The translations under genes and the position numbers were made by a program. The notes under the pieces were generated by a model that saw nothing but the letters and a program-made list of their open reading frames with translations, made no database searches and was not told the DNA's origin. A DNA stretch of 64,000 nucleotides from Camelus dromedarius. Lineage: Eukaryota. The number at the start of each line of letters is the position of its first letter. Positions within the stretch are counted from its first letter, which is position 1. The stretch spans positions 60,886,001-60,950,000 of the forward strand of contig NC_087437.1 in the NCBI RefSeq assembly GCF_036321535.1, written 5' to 3'. This document shows, one piece after another, positions 1 to 13,740 of this stretch.

Positions 1-3000
1 CTAATAATTAAAATAAGTTTTATTACAGACACTACTTTTATTTTTCATAGTCCAGGGGTTTTAGAATTGGGATTCAATGTTCTTAGCTTAGCCCCGGGAA
101 AGGCTGTAAGGGTAAAGGAAGAGCCCAGCATATGGGAACAGATGGAACAGCTTCAAAGCCTGGCTCTGATCTTGGGTACATCACTCAGCTTCTTGGCCTC
201 CGTATCCTCCCCAGTCAAATGGGAATCAGAATGCCTGCGTTGCAACTTATTACTGTGTTAGGACAACTTTTACAAGAAAGTTCAAGAAATAGTTTTTGCC
301 GTCATTACAGCATCCTCATCCTTGGCAGGCTGTCTACCTGCCTGTCCTTAAACACATGCAGGGTGGGAGCTCACTGTTTTGTGAGCGGCTGGTTGTGCTA
401 CTGGGGCCCCTTTGCATTTGCTTCTAGGACTTGGATCCCCCTCTAAGCCTGGACAAGTAAGTAAGGAGTTGCATCATCTGAATTTGTTGGAATGCTCCTT
501 GAATGTGTGGGCCTAAGAACTGCTGTGAGAAAGGACAGTTCTGTGACACGTGACTCTTACAGCAATTGCACTTTCATTTAAATTTAGTAACTGACCAACC
601 TTCTGAGAAGAACATAGCATTCTGAAGGGACCACCCACCAGTATTTTGGAGGTGAGAACACTCAGGCCAGAGAGATGAAACGACACGGACAAGGTGCCAC
701 AGGGAATGCTATGACATGGTTTCCAAGCGCTGGTTTCAAATCCAGATCACTTGTTCCCACTAGAGCCTAGCACACTGGGTCAACCAGGCTCCACAAAGGC
801 TCTCGTGAGGATTCTTCTCTGGGAATGGTTGAGGCTTTGCCTCCACCTGGAGGGAGGCCGGAGGCCACAGCTGCTCTTCTTCCCTTGGGCTTTTCCTACG
901 GTGAGTCCAGGCAGCTAAGGTGTGGAGCACTGCCTGCACACTACCCTGCTGACTTGGTCTCCTCAAGGCTACAAATGAGTCAACCAGCTTCCCCGTGTGG
1001 TCAGGGTCAACCCTTTAGAACCAACAGAAGTCAATTCACTCTGTCCTGTCCCATAGCCACAGGCTGCCTCTAGCCACAGGTCTTAAAAAATGCAAATCTG
1101 TTCCCACTGGGGTGTTAACACCTTGCTCTTACTAGGCTGGTGGTGTCACCTTTGTAGAGAGAGACCCACATACTCTGTGGATAGGCACCCAGCCAATAAT
1201 GCATTCGTTTCAAACTTGTCATTTCCGCTCAGTATCACAGGTTTGTTCTCTTTGATCACTTCACTCAGGTGGTGACAATGTGGCTCTGGGTGACAATAAT
1301 AGCTGCTCTACTGACTTCACAGGGTTGTGTCAAGACAGTGAGAGAATGTGTGTGAAAAGGCTTTGTCAAAAAGGAAATTTTGTGGACTTCGTTAGTAAGA
1401 TGAGGTAGTGTCAGGTTAAAGAGAAGGCAGACTTGCTCTGTGCAAACAGGGAGCTGGTGTTAAAAGAAAGAAAACAGGAGCTGCAGTCCCTCTCCCTTCC
1501 ATGTGAGCTGCAGGGTGTGGACCTTGGGACGTTCAGAGGAGGAGAGACCACCCAGAGTCTGTGGGGGACTACAGACTGAAGGGGTTATAGGTGATAACTG
1601 AGGCTTACTGCCCAGAGTGGAAATATGTCACCCCAACCAACCACTGATCCAGGTTCTCCTGAGAAAGAGCACAAGTGAGGAATGAAACAATATGGATTCC
1701 TGATGACCGACCAGCTCGATGGGAGAGTATTCAAGCTCACAGACGGCCTTCCAGGCTCTTAATTGTAAATGTTTATTGAATGCTCACGTTGGATAAGCAC
1801 CATTCCCAGTGCTCTACATGCAATAATCATCACAAAATCCTAGCAAGTGAATGTTATTATCTTCATGTTTCATTTGGTAAATTGAGGCTCAGACCTAGTC
1901 TGTGAGTCCAGCAAAACTCAACGTCAATGCCACAAGCCCGATCCACCCTGGGATACTGGCTATCCTTGACTAAATCACACATTATTTCCTCTGTGGGAAA
2001 GGCCCTTTTTCTGATCTTGTCCAACTGCCGAACTTCTGTTCATCCTTCAAGGTCCAGTACGTGTCACCTCCTCATCACATCCTAATAGTTCAGTTGCACA
2101 ATAATCCAATAAACCATATAATAAGATACTATATTATAGATAGTTATAACTCCTATGGAAGTTTAAAAATTTTTTATTATTTGATTTTTATGTTTATGAA
2201 AAGAAAAGTGAGCAGTTATTAAGTACTATTAGTAATTTAACTTTTCCCCAAATTTTTATTATGAAAAAAATTTAACAAACTGCAAAGTTGAAAAAACTTA
2301 ACAGTGATCACTGGCATACCCACCACCTAGAACATATTATTAACATTTTACTATACATGTTTTTACCACATATCTATCTGTCTACCTATCCTTCAATCCA
2401 TCCTATTCTTTGATGCATTTCAAAACAGAATGCAGCCATCAGTACACCTCCCCCTAAATACTTCAGAATGCATATCAACTGATTTAACTTTCAAAAAAAG
2501 TTCCAGAAAAAAATTTAAAGAAGAAAAAAGCTCCTTACTTTTTTAATCTTCTGGGTCAATTTGATTAATTTAACTTCAATTTAATTGAAATTGCAAAATC
2601 AGGTATTTTATTTGAAAAAAAAGTTCACGTCTTGTCAGAAGGAAAAAGGATTTGATAATCACTGCCTTAGTGTTCTCAGCTAGAATTAGGAGGAAAGCAG
2701 TTCACACTAAATTGTGAATGACTGATACCCTTTTTAATAGGTATTTCTAAAGGTAATGACAAAAAATAACAACATTTTCATGGTTTGGTATCAGGACAGT
2801 AAGGGAGATAATTTTGTCCTTTTCAAAATCCTTCAGATTGTACTGGCAAGGTGGGCTACTTGTTCTAAGGCTAATTTTTTTTCTTCTCTCTGAAACTTAC
2901 TTGAATTCACAGAGAAATGAGAGTAATGTGATTTTTTTTAATCCCCTCCCCTCAAAATAATGATTTTTAGGGAATTTTTGGATAAAGCCAAAACAATTGG

Positions 3001-3123
3001 ATTATAACTTAATGCTATTGGTTGGTAATAATAATAGCAGTTGAGGTTGCAAAGGCTTCTTACAGATACCTGATCTCATTTAATACTTACAACAGTTGTA
3101 TGTAGTAGGAATTATCTCCACTT

Positions 3124-3645
3124 TTTATTGTGGTAAAATATACAAATAATTTACCATTTTGACCCTTTTTTGAGTGTACAATTTGGTAGCATTAAATACA
3201 CGCACAGTGTTGTGCAATCTCACCAACCCTCTAGAACTCTATCCTTCTCTAGAACTTTTCCATCATCCCAAAGTGAAATTCTGTACCCATTAAACAATAA
3301 CTCCCCATTCCTCCCTCCCCACAGCCCCTGGTAACCACTATTCTTTCTTTCTCCATACATTTGCCTGTTCTAGGTCCTTCATATAAGTGGAATCATATAA
3401 TATCTGTTCTTTTCTGCCTGGCATATTTCATTTAGGATAATGTTTTCAAGGTTCCTCCATGTTATTATAGCATGTGTCACAATTTCATTCCTTTTTATGG
3501 TTGAGTAATATTCCATTGTGTATACAGACCACATTTTGTTTCTTCATTCATCCATCAATGGACATTTGGGTTGTTTCTAAATTTTAGCCATTGTGAATAA
3601 TGCTGCTATGAACACTGGTATACAAATATCTATGTTAGAATCCGT
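3124..3645 (-). mobile_element. Old L1M 3' end inserted into a MIR
   Basis: Reverse-strand L1 3'UTR (catataagtggaatcata, tccatcaatggacatttggg); degenerate TSD attatc(t/c)cca(c/t)ttt at ~3111 and ~3650; MIR-like halves on both sides. Confidence 0.85.
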
Positions 3646-4959
3646 GCTTATTATCCCCATTTTACAAATAAGAAATCCAAGACTCAAAAAGGCTAAAGTG
3701 AATTGCTTAAGTCACATAGCTTGTAGACAGTGAAGCCAAAACTAGAGCTGAGCTCTGGCCCAGGCAGTAGATGCTGGATGTGCACCTGCCTGGGAGGAAC
3801 ACATGTTGGATGAAAGTTCAGCTGGGTTGCACAGGAATGTATTTGTTGGTAAATAGGCATCCCTTGAGACTCCACCCCAGCTACCTGGCCCCTCTCTTGG
3901 AACTCCCAGTCCACAATGATCCAGTAACCAAGGAAGTAACATCTGGCTCAGCAGGGGCCCCCAGGACACTGCTTCTAAAGACAATATCCATTCTGATTGG
4001 TCAGTGCCTGTACCACGTGGTGTCTGACAGTCTGAATACCACCCCTGAGTGTTCAGGGGGCCATGTCTTCTCAGGGGATGAAGTACCCTGTTAATGCCGT
4101 AAGATATTCCTATAACAAAGATGAGGGCCTTTAAAGGCTCTGCAAAAAAAGAGCCAGAAAGCCTAGAAAAAACTGGGGATTTAGAAGGAAATAAGAAGAC
4201 AGTAATATTAAGTAAAATCAAAGCCACAGTTTAGGGACCTGAGGAAGGGCACAGTAACCTAGAAAAAGAGAAAGGCCGTTGGGAGAGTCCCATGAAGAAG
4301 TCTCAGGGGGTCAGGCTGGGCAGTGATCGGGAGACCATTAGTACGTCTGAACGTGAAGAAGTGGCCCACGGCCCCTCGCCACAGACACTGCAGGCTGACG
4401 GAGAGAGCCCAGCCTTGGCGGAGGGGAGACACTGGAAAGGCAGACAAGGAGTGAAAGCAGGGAAGATCAGGAGGAGCTGGGGTCCAGCCTGCTAGCTAAA
4501 ATAGAATGACATGAGAACACACTGCATACCCCAAGATGAGCCCCGGCCTGGCACTGTGGGTGCCGTGCTGCCTCAGACCCCTAGGTCCTGCTTAAGAGAA
4601 CCAGGGTGCAAAGACAGAGCCCCAGTGTTCTCTTGTGAGGAAAAATCCCTTCCCCTTCTTTTCTTTCTCGGAAGGGACACCAGAAAGTTTCCTGGCGTAC
4701 ACAGCACAGCACCTGACCAAGGCGACCTTGTGGGTTGAGGCTGGAGGTGGGGAGTCCCTGTGTCTTCACAGGGCTTTGTGGCCACGTTTAGCCCATTCCC
4801 TGGCACCAGCACTGCTCCCCAGGCCCACCTTGCTGGTGAGGACGACAGGGTTCTACTTCCTCCTTTATGCCCGTTCTTCAGTCTGACATCACATACGCGC
4901 TGATGTGAGAAGACATGTGTGGTTTTGTCTCAGCCCCTGACTCCATTCGCTCTGGAAAT

Positions 4960-5670
4960 CAGTTGGTTTTGCCTAGCCATATTCATTTCTCCCTCTGGTA
5001 ACAGCTCCTCAATTTCCCTTTGAGGAAACCACCCTTTCTTTTATTTCTTCTTATTATTAAAAATTGTTTTTCTTTGTGGTGAAATACACTAACATAAAAT
5101 TTACCACCTTAACCATGTTTAAGTGTAGAAATTATTAGTGTTAAGTACATTTACATTGTTGTGTAAGCAATATCCTTCCTTTCTTAAAAAGTCCATGTTC
5201 TTTTGGGTCTGACCTCAACTCCTGGCTCCTAAATGAGGCTTATGAACAAGGCTGGGCCCATCAGAGCCTCCGGATTCCTTAACCACAGTGATGGGTTTAT
5301 ACCTGGTACATCACCAGATGCCAAGCCCATGAGACTCAATCCAAGGATTTTTGCTAGAACTATTAGAAAACAGGCTTTCTCTTCCTGCTTCAGATGCCAA
5401 ACTGGTGGGAATTAAGCTTAGAGCAGCAGGTAGCCATCTTTCCCAACAACTCTAGGATCTGCCTGATAATGAAGCCTATGCAGAGGAAAGCAAAGATGAG
5501 GAATGGAGATAGATGAATTCCTGGCAATGTTTGAGCACCCAGATCCAGCCATTCCTGGAGCTGTTTCCTATAGGCTTTTTGGTTACTTAAAACAATAAAT
5601 CCTCTTTTTCTGCTGAAACCAAGTTCAGTTGGGTTTTTGTCATTTGCAACTAAAAGACCCCTAAAATCAA
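4960..5670 (+). mobile_element. MLT1-type (ERVL-MaLR) LTR containing a short L1 3' fragment (~5070-5170)
   Basis: MLT1-like 3' end aataaatcctctttt...gttgggtttttgtcatttgcaac. Confidence 0.7.
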
Positions 5671-7399
5671 GGTGATAGTTGCTTGTGAAGCTTCTTTGAT
5701 AAGATCCAAGTATCAATGTCCTTTTGCCCTCTCCTCACTTCTCTGAGCTTTCAGAGATCATCACCTAATCTAGACCAGGAATCCCCACATATTGAACACA
5801 TGATGTTTGTTTGATGATGAGGTTGAGAAGAATAGTTTGAAGGGAAATGAGTAGAATAAAGCAAAACATTTGTCACTGATGTGCAGATACATTGGTGAGC
5901 ATCACTGAGCACACAAGCATATCCTAAGAAAGATAATGTTTTTCAGTCATGGGTGAAACCCCACCCTCCCCTAATGTATGCGGTTATTGTGTGGATCTGA
6001 ACATGATGTGAGGAACATTTAGTTGTCCATCCAAGCGTCTAGCTTACACTTTGTGATGTGGAGATGCACACTGCAGCCAGAACGCAGGTTATAATCAGTA
6101 CTAGCATCACTCTTCCAAAAGAATCAAGAAAACCAGAGACAGACAGGTCAATGCATTCCTAATACAGGCACTGGGACAAAGATACCAGGAGCCTGCTCTT
6201 GGATGATGGGTTTAAGGACTCTGCGGAACCAGGTTTACATGGATTTTCATGAAGTTCCCATGAAGGCACGAATTAGATGAAAGCACCTCCTTTGTGAAAC
6301 AGGTTTTGGTTTTCATTTAATCTAAAGACAGAAGCTGAGTTTTGTGGGGCTTTCCCCCACCCTCCGGCCCATGATCCTAAATTCCCTCTAGGAACTCTCA
6401 GACATATATGTACAAACCTATGGGGTGTGTGAGAAAATAAATCTCAGGGCCACAAAATCCAGTAAACCATCAGCATTCACAGAAGGAGTCAGTGCGGCAC
6501 AGTCAATAGGTGAAGGGGCACGGGAGATTTCGGAAGGTCAGCTGTATAAACTCTGAATGATTCTACCGTCTAGACTCCTAACAGGCTGTATCCGTTGTGG
6601 GTGAAACCTCCGGTGGGGTCCCTTCACTCCCCCTGGAAGTGCGCCACTCCGGATCAGCTCTATCCAGGGGCTCCACTCTTAGCACCCTGCCTCAGCCTCC
6701 TGGAGTCCCAGCCACAGTTGGGCACGTGGTCACCTCTCCTCAGGGGTGCAGTGAGCCTGGTAGCCTGTTCTGAGAGCAGCAGGCAGCCGGCTCTGCTCGG
6801 TGCCTCCTTAGTCTGTAAGCTCATGAGTGCAGGGGGATGCATGCTAGACCCGGACAACACCCCCCACCCCACTCCGAATCCAGCCCACATGGAGAGGCTT
6901 CCAGGGCTACAGAAGAGCCCTGGACAAGGGGGTCAGAGAGGCCTGAAATCTAGTCTCTAGGCTGTGGGTCCAAGTATAACAGAACTCTAGGGAATCTCCC
7001 AAGGAAACACTCTCTATGGGGAGGGGGCTTTGCCTGTCGTCTTCACAGGTCTACCCCCAGCACCTGGATCTCGCCTGCCCATGGACGATACATATGAATA
7101 TGCGTTGCTGTTACCGAGTCTCAGTGTCTTCATCTATGAAATTGTGGTCCTCAATCCAAGTTGTGGGACAGGAAAGGAGATCCGTAAGTCAGCACGCTGA
7201 GTGCTCACAGAGTAGTCTCACTATCTCCAGTCAGCGGCCCAGGGAGGGGGCATTATTGTTCCCATTTCACAGATGAAGAAACTGAGGCTCAGAAATTCTC
7301 CCCACAGAGCCAGAATTAAACCCAGGTCTGAATCCGAAGCCCTCGTTTCCACTACACCTTGCGACCTTTTCAGCTCTTCATGCTCCTAGAGGGAGGTAT

Positions 7400-8010
7400 T
7401 TCCACCGCCACCCGGAGCCGTGGCCCCCAAACCCAGCCCAGAATTGTTGGAGCTTGGACGCAGCCACCCACAACTTCCCCGTCAGCCCTGAGCTGTGGGC
7501 CGCGGACGCTGACCTCCTACCTCGCCACCACGCCGAGCCCGCCCGCCCCCGGAGGGGCCGCGGCCGCCGCGCGGGGAGGCCGCCCCGCAGGAAATACTCA
7601 CGGCTCCCGCAGGCCCAGGCGGCTCCGCGGGGCGCATCCTCTCCCGGGGCTCCGGCCTCCTCCTCCTCCTCGAGAGCAGCCGAACGCGGGGCTGGGCTGC
7701 CTGCTCTCTCTGGGGCATCAGATTATTTTAGCACTTGCGGAAGGAACTGACGGAAACTGAAGTCACATGGAGAACGAGCTGCTCAGCGACTCAGCACTCA
7801 CAGAGAGCAGGCATCTTAGAGGGAACTGCCGCCGCGGGTGGGGGGCGAGGGGGCGGGGAGAGGGCGGCGGGCTGGCGGGAAGCGGTGGCCCCAGGACTAC
7901 CTGCTGGGTTAGCTGCGAAGGAGGTCAGCAGTGCTAACCGAGGATCCCCGGGCTTTCTTGCCTTCGAATTTCTGAGGCGGGTGGTGAGCTTGGGGCGCTT
8001 GCCTACGAGC
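7400..8010. promoter_or_regulatory. CpG-island promoter, probably of NRROS (LRRC33), firing on the minus strand
   Basis: Dense CpG/GC content; GC box ggggcgggg at ~7850-7858; ETS cores cggaag 7738-7743 and cggaaa 7751-7756; IRF-like gaaactgaag 7753-7762; E-box gtcacatg 7762-7769; two minus-strand Inr matches TCAGTT (7750-7745, 7760-7755). Confidence 0.8.
7602..7758 (-). other. NRROS: Putative first (5'UTR) exon of NRROS; start approximate
   Basis: Consensus donor GCC|gtgagt at 7602/7601 inside the CpG island. Gene identity is inferred from mammalian order FBXO45->NRROS on the same strand; no NRROS coding sequence is in the window. Confidence 0.6.
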
Positions 8011-11000
8011 TTTTCTGACCCAGAAACTCTCCTTCAAGGTTATGCCCAAGGGTCAAGCTTGTGGGACTGGGTAGAATACACGTTTTCCGATTGAAAGAGA
8101 GTCCATTTTCTGGAAGACTCATCCATTCGGCTAGTCTTTACTAATAATCCCTTTTTATGTGTCCAGCACATCATAAAAAAAAGAAAAAGAAATGGAAATT
8201 GCTTTGGGGAGGGCTGTCAGCCTGCTAGGTACTTCTTGAGCGTAGGCTGCATGGATGAACTTTTTGTACCTGATGGGTAGAAAATTCCCTGCGAGCTCTT
8301 GCCAAGAATTCAAAAGAATAATTGAATTAATGGTAGCCACTATTCAAGGGGTACCAGCCCCTACGCTAAGAGCTTCCTATGCATTATCTCATAGCTCCTG
8401 TTCTCAAAAAGCTTACCATCTAGTGGAGAAGGCAAAATATTTACAGTGTCTGCTGCATGCGGAATGAGTAATGCAAACAAGCACAGCAGGGGAATCAGAG
8501 ACAGGATCTCCTGTTCTGCTCTTTCCCAACCGATCTGCAGAGCTGAAGTGACCTGGAGGGCTGGCTCGCAGCTCTAGTAGCCTGATGATTTGTGATTCTC
8601 TATTGCATTATTATCACTGGCATGTGCATCCTAAGAGAACAGGAACAAGTCCTTCCTGCCCCAAACATCCAGTAAATTGTCTCTGCTCCCTAAAATATTC
8701 ATTTGTAATGGTAATAATGAGACCACCAATGAAAAAACCAAGTAAAAGTCAAATTATCACAAACCAAGGTTGTCTTTCGGGCTTTTTTCTTCTCATAGTA
8801 TGCACATTTTCTACCCCCATGCCTTTTGTGTCTACCCATATGTTGATTAGTCCCAAATTGTAATTTCTAGCTCCAACATTCTCTCCTAGGAGAGAAGGGA
8901 TCCAGAAATATTTTAAACTCTCTGTTGGTCAATGTCCCAGAGTGGCCAAAGCACAATGTGTCCTAAACTGAACTCATCCTTTGGCCTAGCTGGTTTCTCG
9001 CCCTGTTTGGCTGTCACTATTTCTGGCATGCCTCCATCAGGGGAGTCCAGCTCTCTCAGACTCCACCCCTCCTATGGAATTGGTTACCTATTCCTGCGGA
9101 CTCTAACTCAGAAATGTTTCTTGAATCCTAACCTACTCTTCATCCTTGCTGCCACTGCCCTCAGTCTAGACCTTATCAATGCAGGCCTGGATCATTTTAG
9201 TAGCTTCCTTAACCTGGGCTCCCTACCTCCAATATAGATTCCACCCAGCGGCCATGGGCAGCTTTCTAAAGTATATATTGGATTATCTTACTCCCTACTT
9301 ATAGCCCTTTCATGGCTTGTCATTGTCTCTTACCTGGATCAGCAGTTTAAGACCAGGTTCAGCAGGTTCAAGTTTCCTAAGGACTGTCTGGTGGGACTCC
9401 TGGCATTCCATCCCAACCTTATCCCAAGCAATTCCACTTTTAAATGTTTTATACATTGAGGTTCTCGATTAAATTTCTTTTGAGAAAGGCAGCTGCTTCC
9501 TCTCCAAAGAACTTAGAAAACCAGTGGTCTTGATGGGTGTGCGGAGGCAAGCCGGTTTGTTGGTAAATAACACCAACAGCTCTCCTTCTAGTCTAGCAAC
9601 AAGCTGGCTCAGCAGGCAGGACCTAGGACTTCCAGACGACACCAGTGCTGCTGGAAACAATGTTTTTCATGCCGGCAAGGCTGTAACCCTGACTGCACAG
9701 CTCAGGATTCTCCAATGTGGTTGGGTGCTCTGGGCCCCCTCCGAACTATGCTGCTCAAGGCAGAGGGGATGAGTGTGCTTCCTCCGGAGCACAACCCACT
9801 GTGCATTCAGCCCTGCCCTGGTCAAGCACATCCCTCCACATGATGGTGAGAGTCTGGGGGACCATGTACCTTTTTCTTTGAGCCTGTGCCATTGTTGTGG
9901 AGTTTGTGCCCATTCCTGTGCTCAACCATAAATAACAGAGACAAGTTCAGTGTCAAGCAGCACATCTGGTTCTCTGAGGAGATCTGAGGTGAAAGCAAGG
10001 AGCTGGGCAGTTCCCAGCTGGAGGAGAAAGTCCAGGTGCCTCATTCAACCTGATCATGTCTCCAGCTTCTTGTCACTGTTCGCTCCCAGACTTCAACACG
10101 TGGTCCACAAGTGCATTTCATCCCTAAATACAGAGCAAATGCTCCCCACTCTTTGCTCCCTCTGTCAGAGGGTTCCCTTGCTTGGAATGGCCTCTCAGCT
10201 GTCCACCATGCCCTCCCCATCTCGAAGGCACAGTTTGCGCTCCCCTCGCCTGTGATGCCTCCACCTCTTCCTCTGAACACATGGTCCCAAGTATCGACAG
10301 TATACACTGGCCTCATGATATCTCTTGTACCATGATCTAACTTTTAGAATTTCTGTCTTGTTTCCCCAACTACACTACAAACTTCTTGAGGGAAGAGGTC
10401 ATGTGTTATTCCAAAAAGCATATTGCCCAGTGCACAGAAAGGGGCTTAGTAAATATTTGCTCAAAGAAGGAAGGAAGGAAGAGAAGGAAGGAAAAAAGGA
10501 AGGAATTAAATCTACCTTGTTGATGATTCTCTAGATATTGCCTTCTGAGGGTTCCCCACACCCTTTCTTTCTTAAACTAAGCTTTACAGTAGTCTGTCAC
10601 TGGTAGGACTTCTCAGTCTCCCAAAGAGATCAAAGGATCTCTGGCTTCTGCTCTCCCCTCCCACTGCTTTTTCAGACAATAACCAGATATTATTCAAAAC
10701 TGAAGGGGTTGGAGACCTACAGTAGAGACCGTGAAGGGAGACACCTCCGAGTCAGGGCAAAGTGTGCAAAGGATCCAGTGGGAGACAGGGGCCAGCTTCC
10801 TCCCACAGATGGGTCCGTGCGAGGAGAGTACCGTCACTGCGCCCAGCCATGGAGCGAGCGGCGGGGTCTCCCTCTGGAACTGGCAGCTCACCCCAAGCCC
10901 AGGATTTCCATCCTCTCGCTCTCACTTGCCGTGTTTCCCACGCAGCCCTGGGCTCTCTGGCCCTGGCCACAGACAGTCAAGCCCTTCCATCCTGGCCCTT

Positions 11001-12219
11001 CACCCTGGAGGCTGGGCCTGGCCAAGCAGTGAACTAGCACCTCCCCCGCTTCTCCAGGCCTCGACACATGACTGGGAGGGGATTTCCTTTGGGGCCTAAA
11101 CTGGGAATTGTTCTCTTGCCCCATGTCGGCTGGTTGTTGGGGGAGAGTCTTCAGTAGTTTCATTTCCCTCATTTGGAATGTAGTTTTTAAGAACCAAAGA
11201 TCAAAACGGAAAGGGGAGAGGCCACCACCCACACTGGCTTCACTGAACCCCTCCTGATGCCAGTTCTGGAGAAGCTTAGGGGTCAGCCCAAAGACTGAGG
11301 GCAAGTGGGACTGGCTTGGCTGAAGGTCCTTCCCGGCGTGTTTACTCCTCTTCTCTACACATCTGGGTGGGTCTCAAATCCTGAGGTCAGCTCCTCTTGC
11401 TCCTTGTTGCCCAAGCAGGTGGGGCCTTAAGCAGTTCACACAGATCTCCCAGGATGATCAGCCCACAGCACCCCTCAGCCAATAATTCCAGCGACTGACG
11501 TCGTGGGAACACTTCCTTTTCTGGAAACACAGACCATATCAACGTATGATAAAAGATTTCACATTGTGCAAAGATGGCAAGATGCTTACAGAAGTATAAT
11601 GTCAGTGTCAGGGTGTGGCCGGCAGTACAATATCAGTGGGGAAGGACACACAAAACTAACTGTGGTCCAGTTCAGGGCAGAGTGGAAGGGAATCATGGAA
11701 AACCATGGAGGTGCTGGGAGAGTCATGGGAGGGAGAGCACAGATGGTGGGGACTTTAAGGAAAGCTTTAAGAAAAAGGTGGCATCTCAACTAGATCCTCA
11801 TGAGATGGGACTGGGCATGGAGTCAAAGACTGAAGAAGACATAAGGAAGCTGAATTTGATGATGAGATAAAGCCATGCTGAGGAGGAGAGACTGTAGAAG
11901 CAATGATGGCATCTCTTTGTGTCTTCACAGGACTTCATTCACGGTTCTGTCCAGTGCTGCGCAAGGGGCATCACCGTCTACACGTCACAGTTCTGCCTTT
12001 TCCCTGGGGCAGTGAGACCTGGCAGGCCTGCACGATGGTTTGTCCACATTTGTACGTATCTTCAGCAACACCTAGTCTAGCACCTAGTAGGCTCCCTGTG
12101 AAAGTTTCTTAAATGAATGAAGGTTAAAGTGTCACTTGTGCTAGAGCAGCTGGAGAGGTTGAGGACTTGGGAAAAGTCATTTGTTGGTCATTGAGAAATC
12201 ATTTTTCATAACTGACAAA

Positions 12220-12765
12220 TCTGAACCCCAGTCCTTACTGAGGGCTCAAGGCCCTGCTGGTGGGGTTCCGTAACCCTCCTCCCTTGGATTTCATACCCGG
12301 CCACTTTCTTCCTCACTTACTCCACTCAGAGCATGACATCCTCCGTGCAGCTCATGTAAACCAAGTAGCCTTCTGTCTCAGGGCCTTTACCATTTTCTCT
12401 TTCCTAGACCCAGAATGCTCTCCTCCTCCCCTAGGTGTCCAAACAGCTCACTCTTTAACTTCCTTTAGGCCTCTGCTCAAATGTCATCTCCTCAAAGAGG
12501 CCTCCCCTGATCACACCAGCTAAAATGGCGCACACACCTCCATCACTTTCCCCTTACTTAACTTTGTCTTCACATTTTTTAATTCATGTCACTGCCTGAT
12601 ATTATATATTTACTTGCTAATTGTCTGCCTCCCAAACTAGACTGTATGCTCCTGAGGTAAAGAAATTTGTTTACTAACTGCTGTAGCCCAGTGCCTAGAA
12701 CAGAGCCTGACACATACTAGGTGCTTATAAATATATGTGGACCATGTGGATGAGTGAGTGAGTGC
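12220..12765. mobile_element. L2 3' fragment
   Basis: ctcagggcctttac...tctgctcaaatgtca...cccagtgcctagaacagagcctgacacatactaggtgct; similar L2 debris at ~8700-9330, ~10240-10500 and ~36170-36420. Confidence 0.8.
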
Positions 12766-13740
12766 TCTTAAAAAGAATGTGGCAGAGTCGTGGGATCAGG
12801 AGCCGGGTTGCCAAGTGTTGGTTAGCTGGTGACTAGGGGTATGAAAATAAGCACAGAGAGGACTAGTATTCTTTCAAGAATTAAGGTTTGAAGGGAGGAG
12901 TCAGTTTGTGAACATCTTTTGTAAAATGTGAGGTACCGTGTAAATCTATTTCCTCGGCAGAACACGTCAGGGAGAGATGAGAGGAGATGGGATCGGGTCT
13001 CTAGGTGGGGGTTAACTTTGGCAAAGTGGCAGACCCTCTGCACGTGGTGGATATTAAGGTCATATGACAGGGAGAAGGAAAGGCAGACCTGAAAGGACTG
13101 TTAATCATCTTTGTTTCCATATGGTGTGGGAGACTTGGTCTGCACTATTGCGTAACGACAGTGGGCAGCCCACGCCTGGTAGAGGAGAAAGGTACCTTGA
13201 CACAAGGCCCACAGTCATCGCTACCTGCCACCCAGGTACATACATTGTCCCTCAATGACTCCGTTAAATAGATACTAATGGTCTCAATTTACCAAAGAGA
13301 AAATTGGGCTCAGATTGATCACGTCATTTGCCTAAGGCCCTGCAGTAGAAAGGGTCAGTCCCAACTTGTTTTTAGAAATGGTTACTGGTTTTTCAAAAAA
13401 GTTCCTGATTATAAAAGTACTACATAAATGCTAAAAAGGCTAAAAGAGAAGAAAATCAACCACAGACCCACAGTACAGAGACAAGTCACTGTTAACATTA
13501 CGGTGTATTGCAGGTCAAGCTTTTTTAATGCATGTACAATACGCTTTTTAAAAAATACTGAGATCAGCTTCCACATGCTCTTTTGCAAGTTTACACACAT
13601 AATCTATAACAACACATTAGAATTGTTTTCCTTTGTCCCTAAATTTTCATGGACATGATTTTTTGATTAGTTCTATATTATTCTGTCACTTGGATGTATA
13701 TTGTTAATTATCCAGTTCTCTTTTGGGCAGCATTATAGTA

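Noticed and set aside
896..907. Plus-strand donor-like ctacg|gtgagt with a nearby AP-1 site (976-982)
   Set aside because: Isolated motif without a matching acceptor or ORF; expected by chance.
5700..6300. Unique-looking segment checked for transposase or retrocopy remnants
   Set aside because: Partial manual translation gave no recognisable motifs.
1..7600. NRROS coding (LRR) exons
   Set aside because: No signal-peptide or leucine-rich-repeat ORF is present; this stretch is probably intron 1, with coding exons left of the window.
10694..11304. Cluster of overlapping ORFs in a moderately GC-rich patch
   Set aside because: No recognisable protein and no consistent splice structure; it may be regulatory DNA, but I cannot support that.
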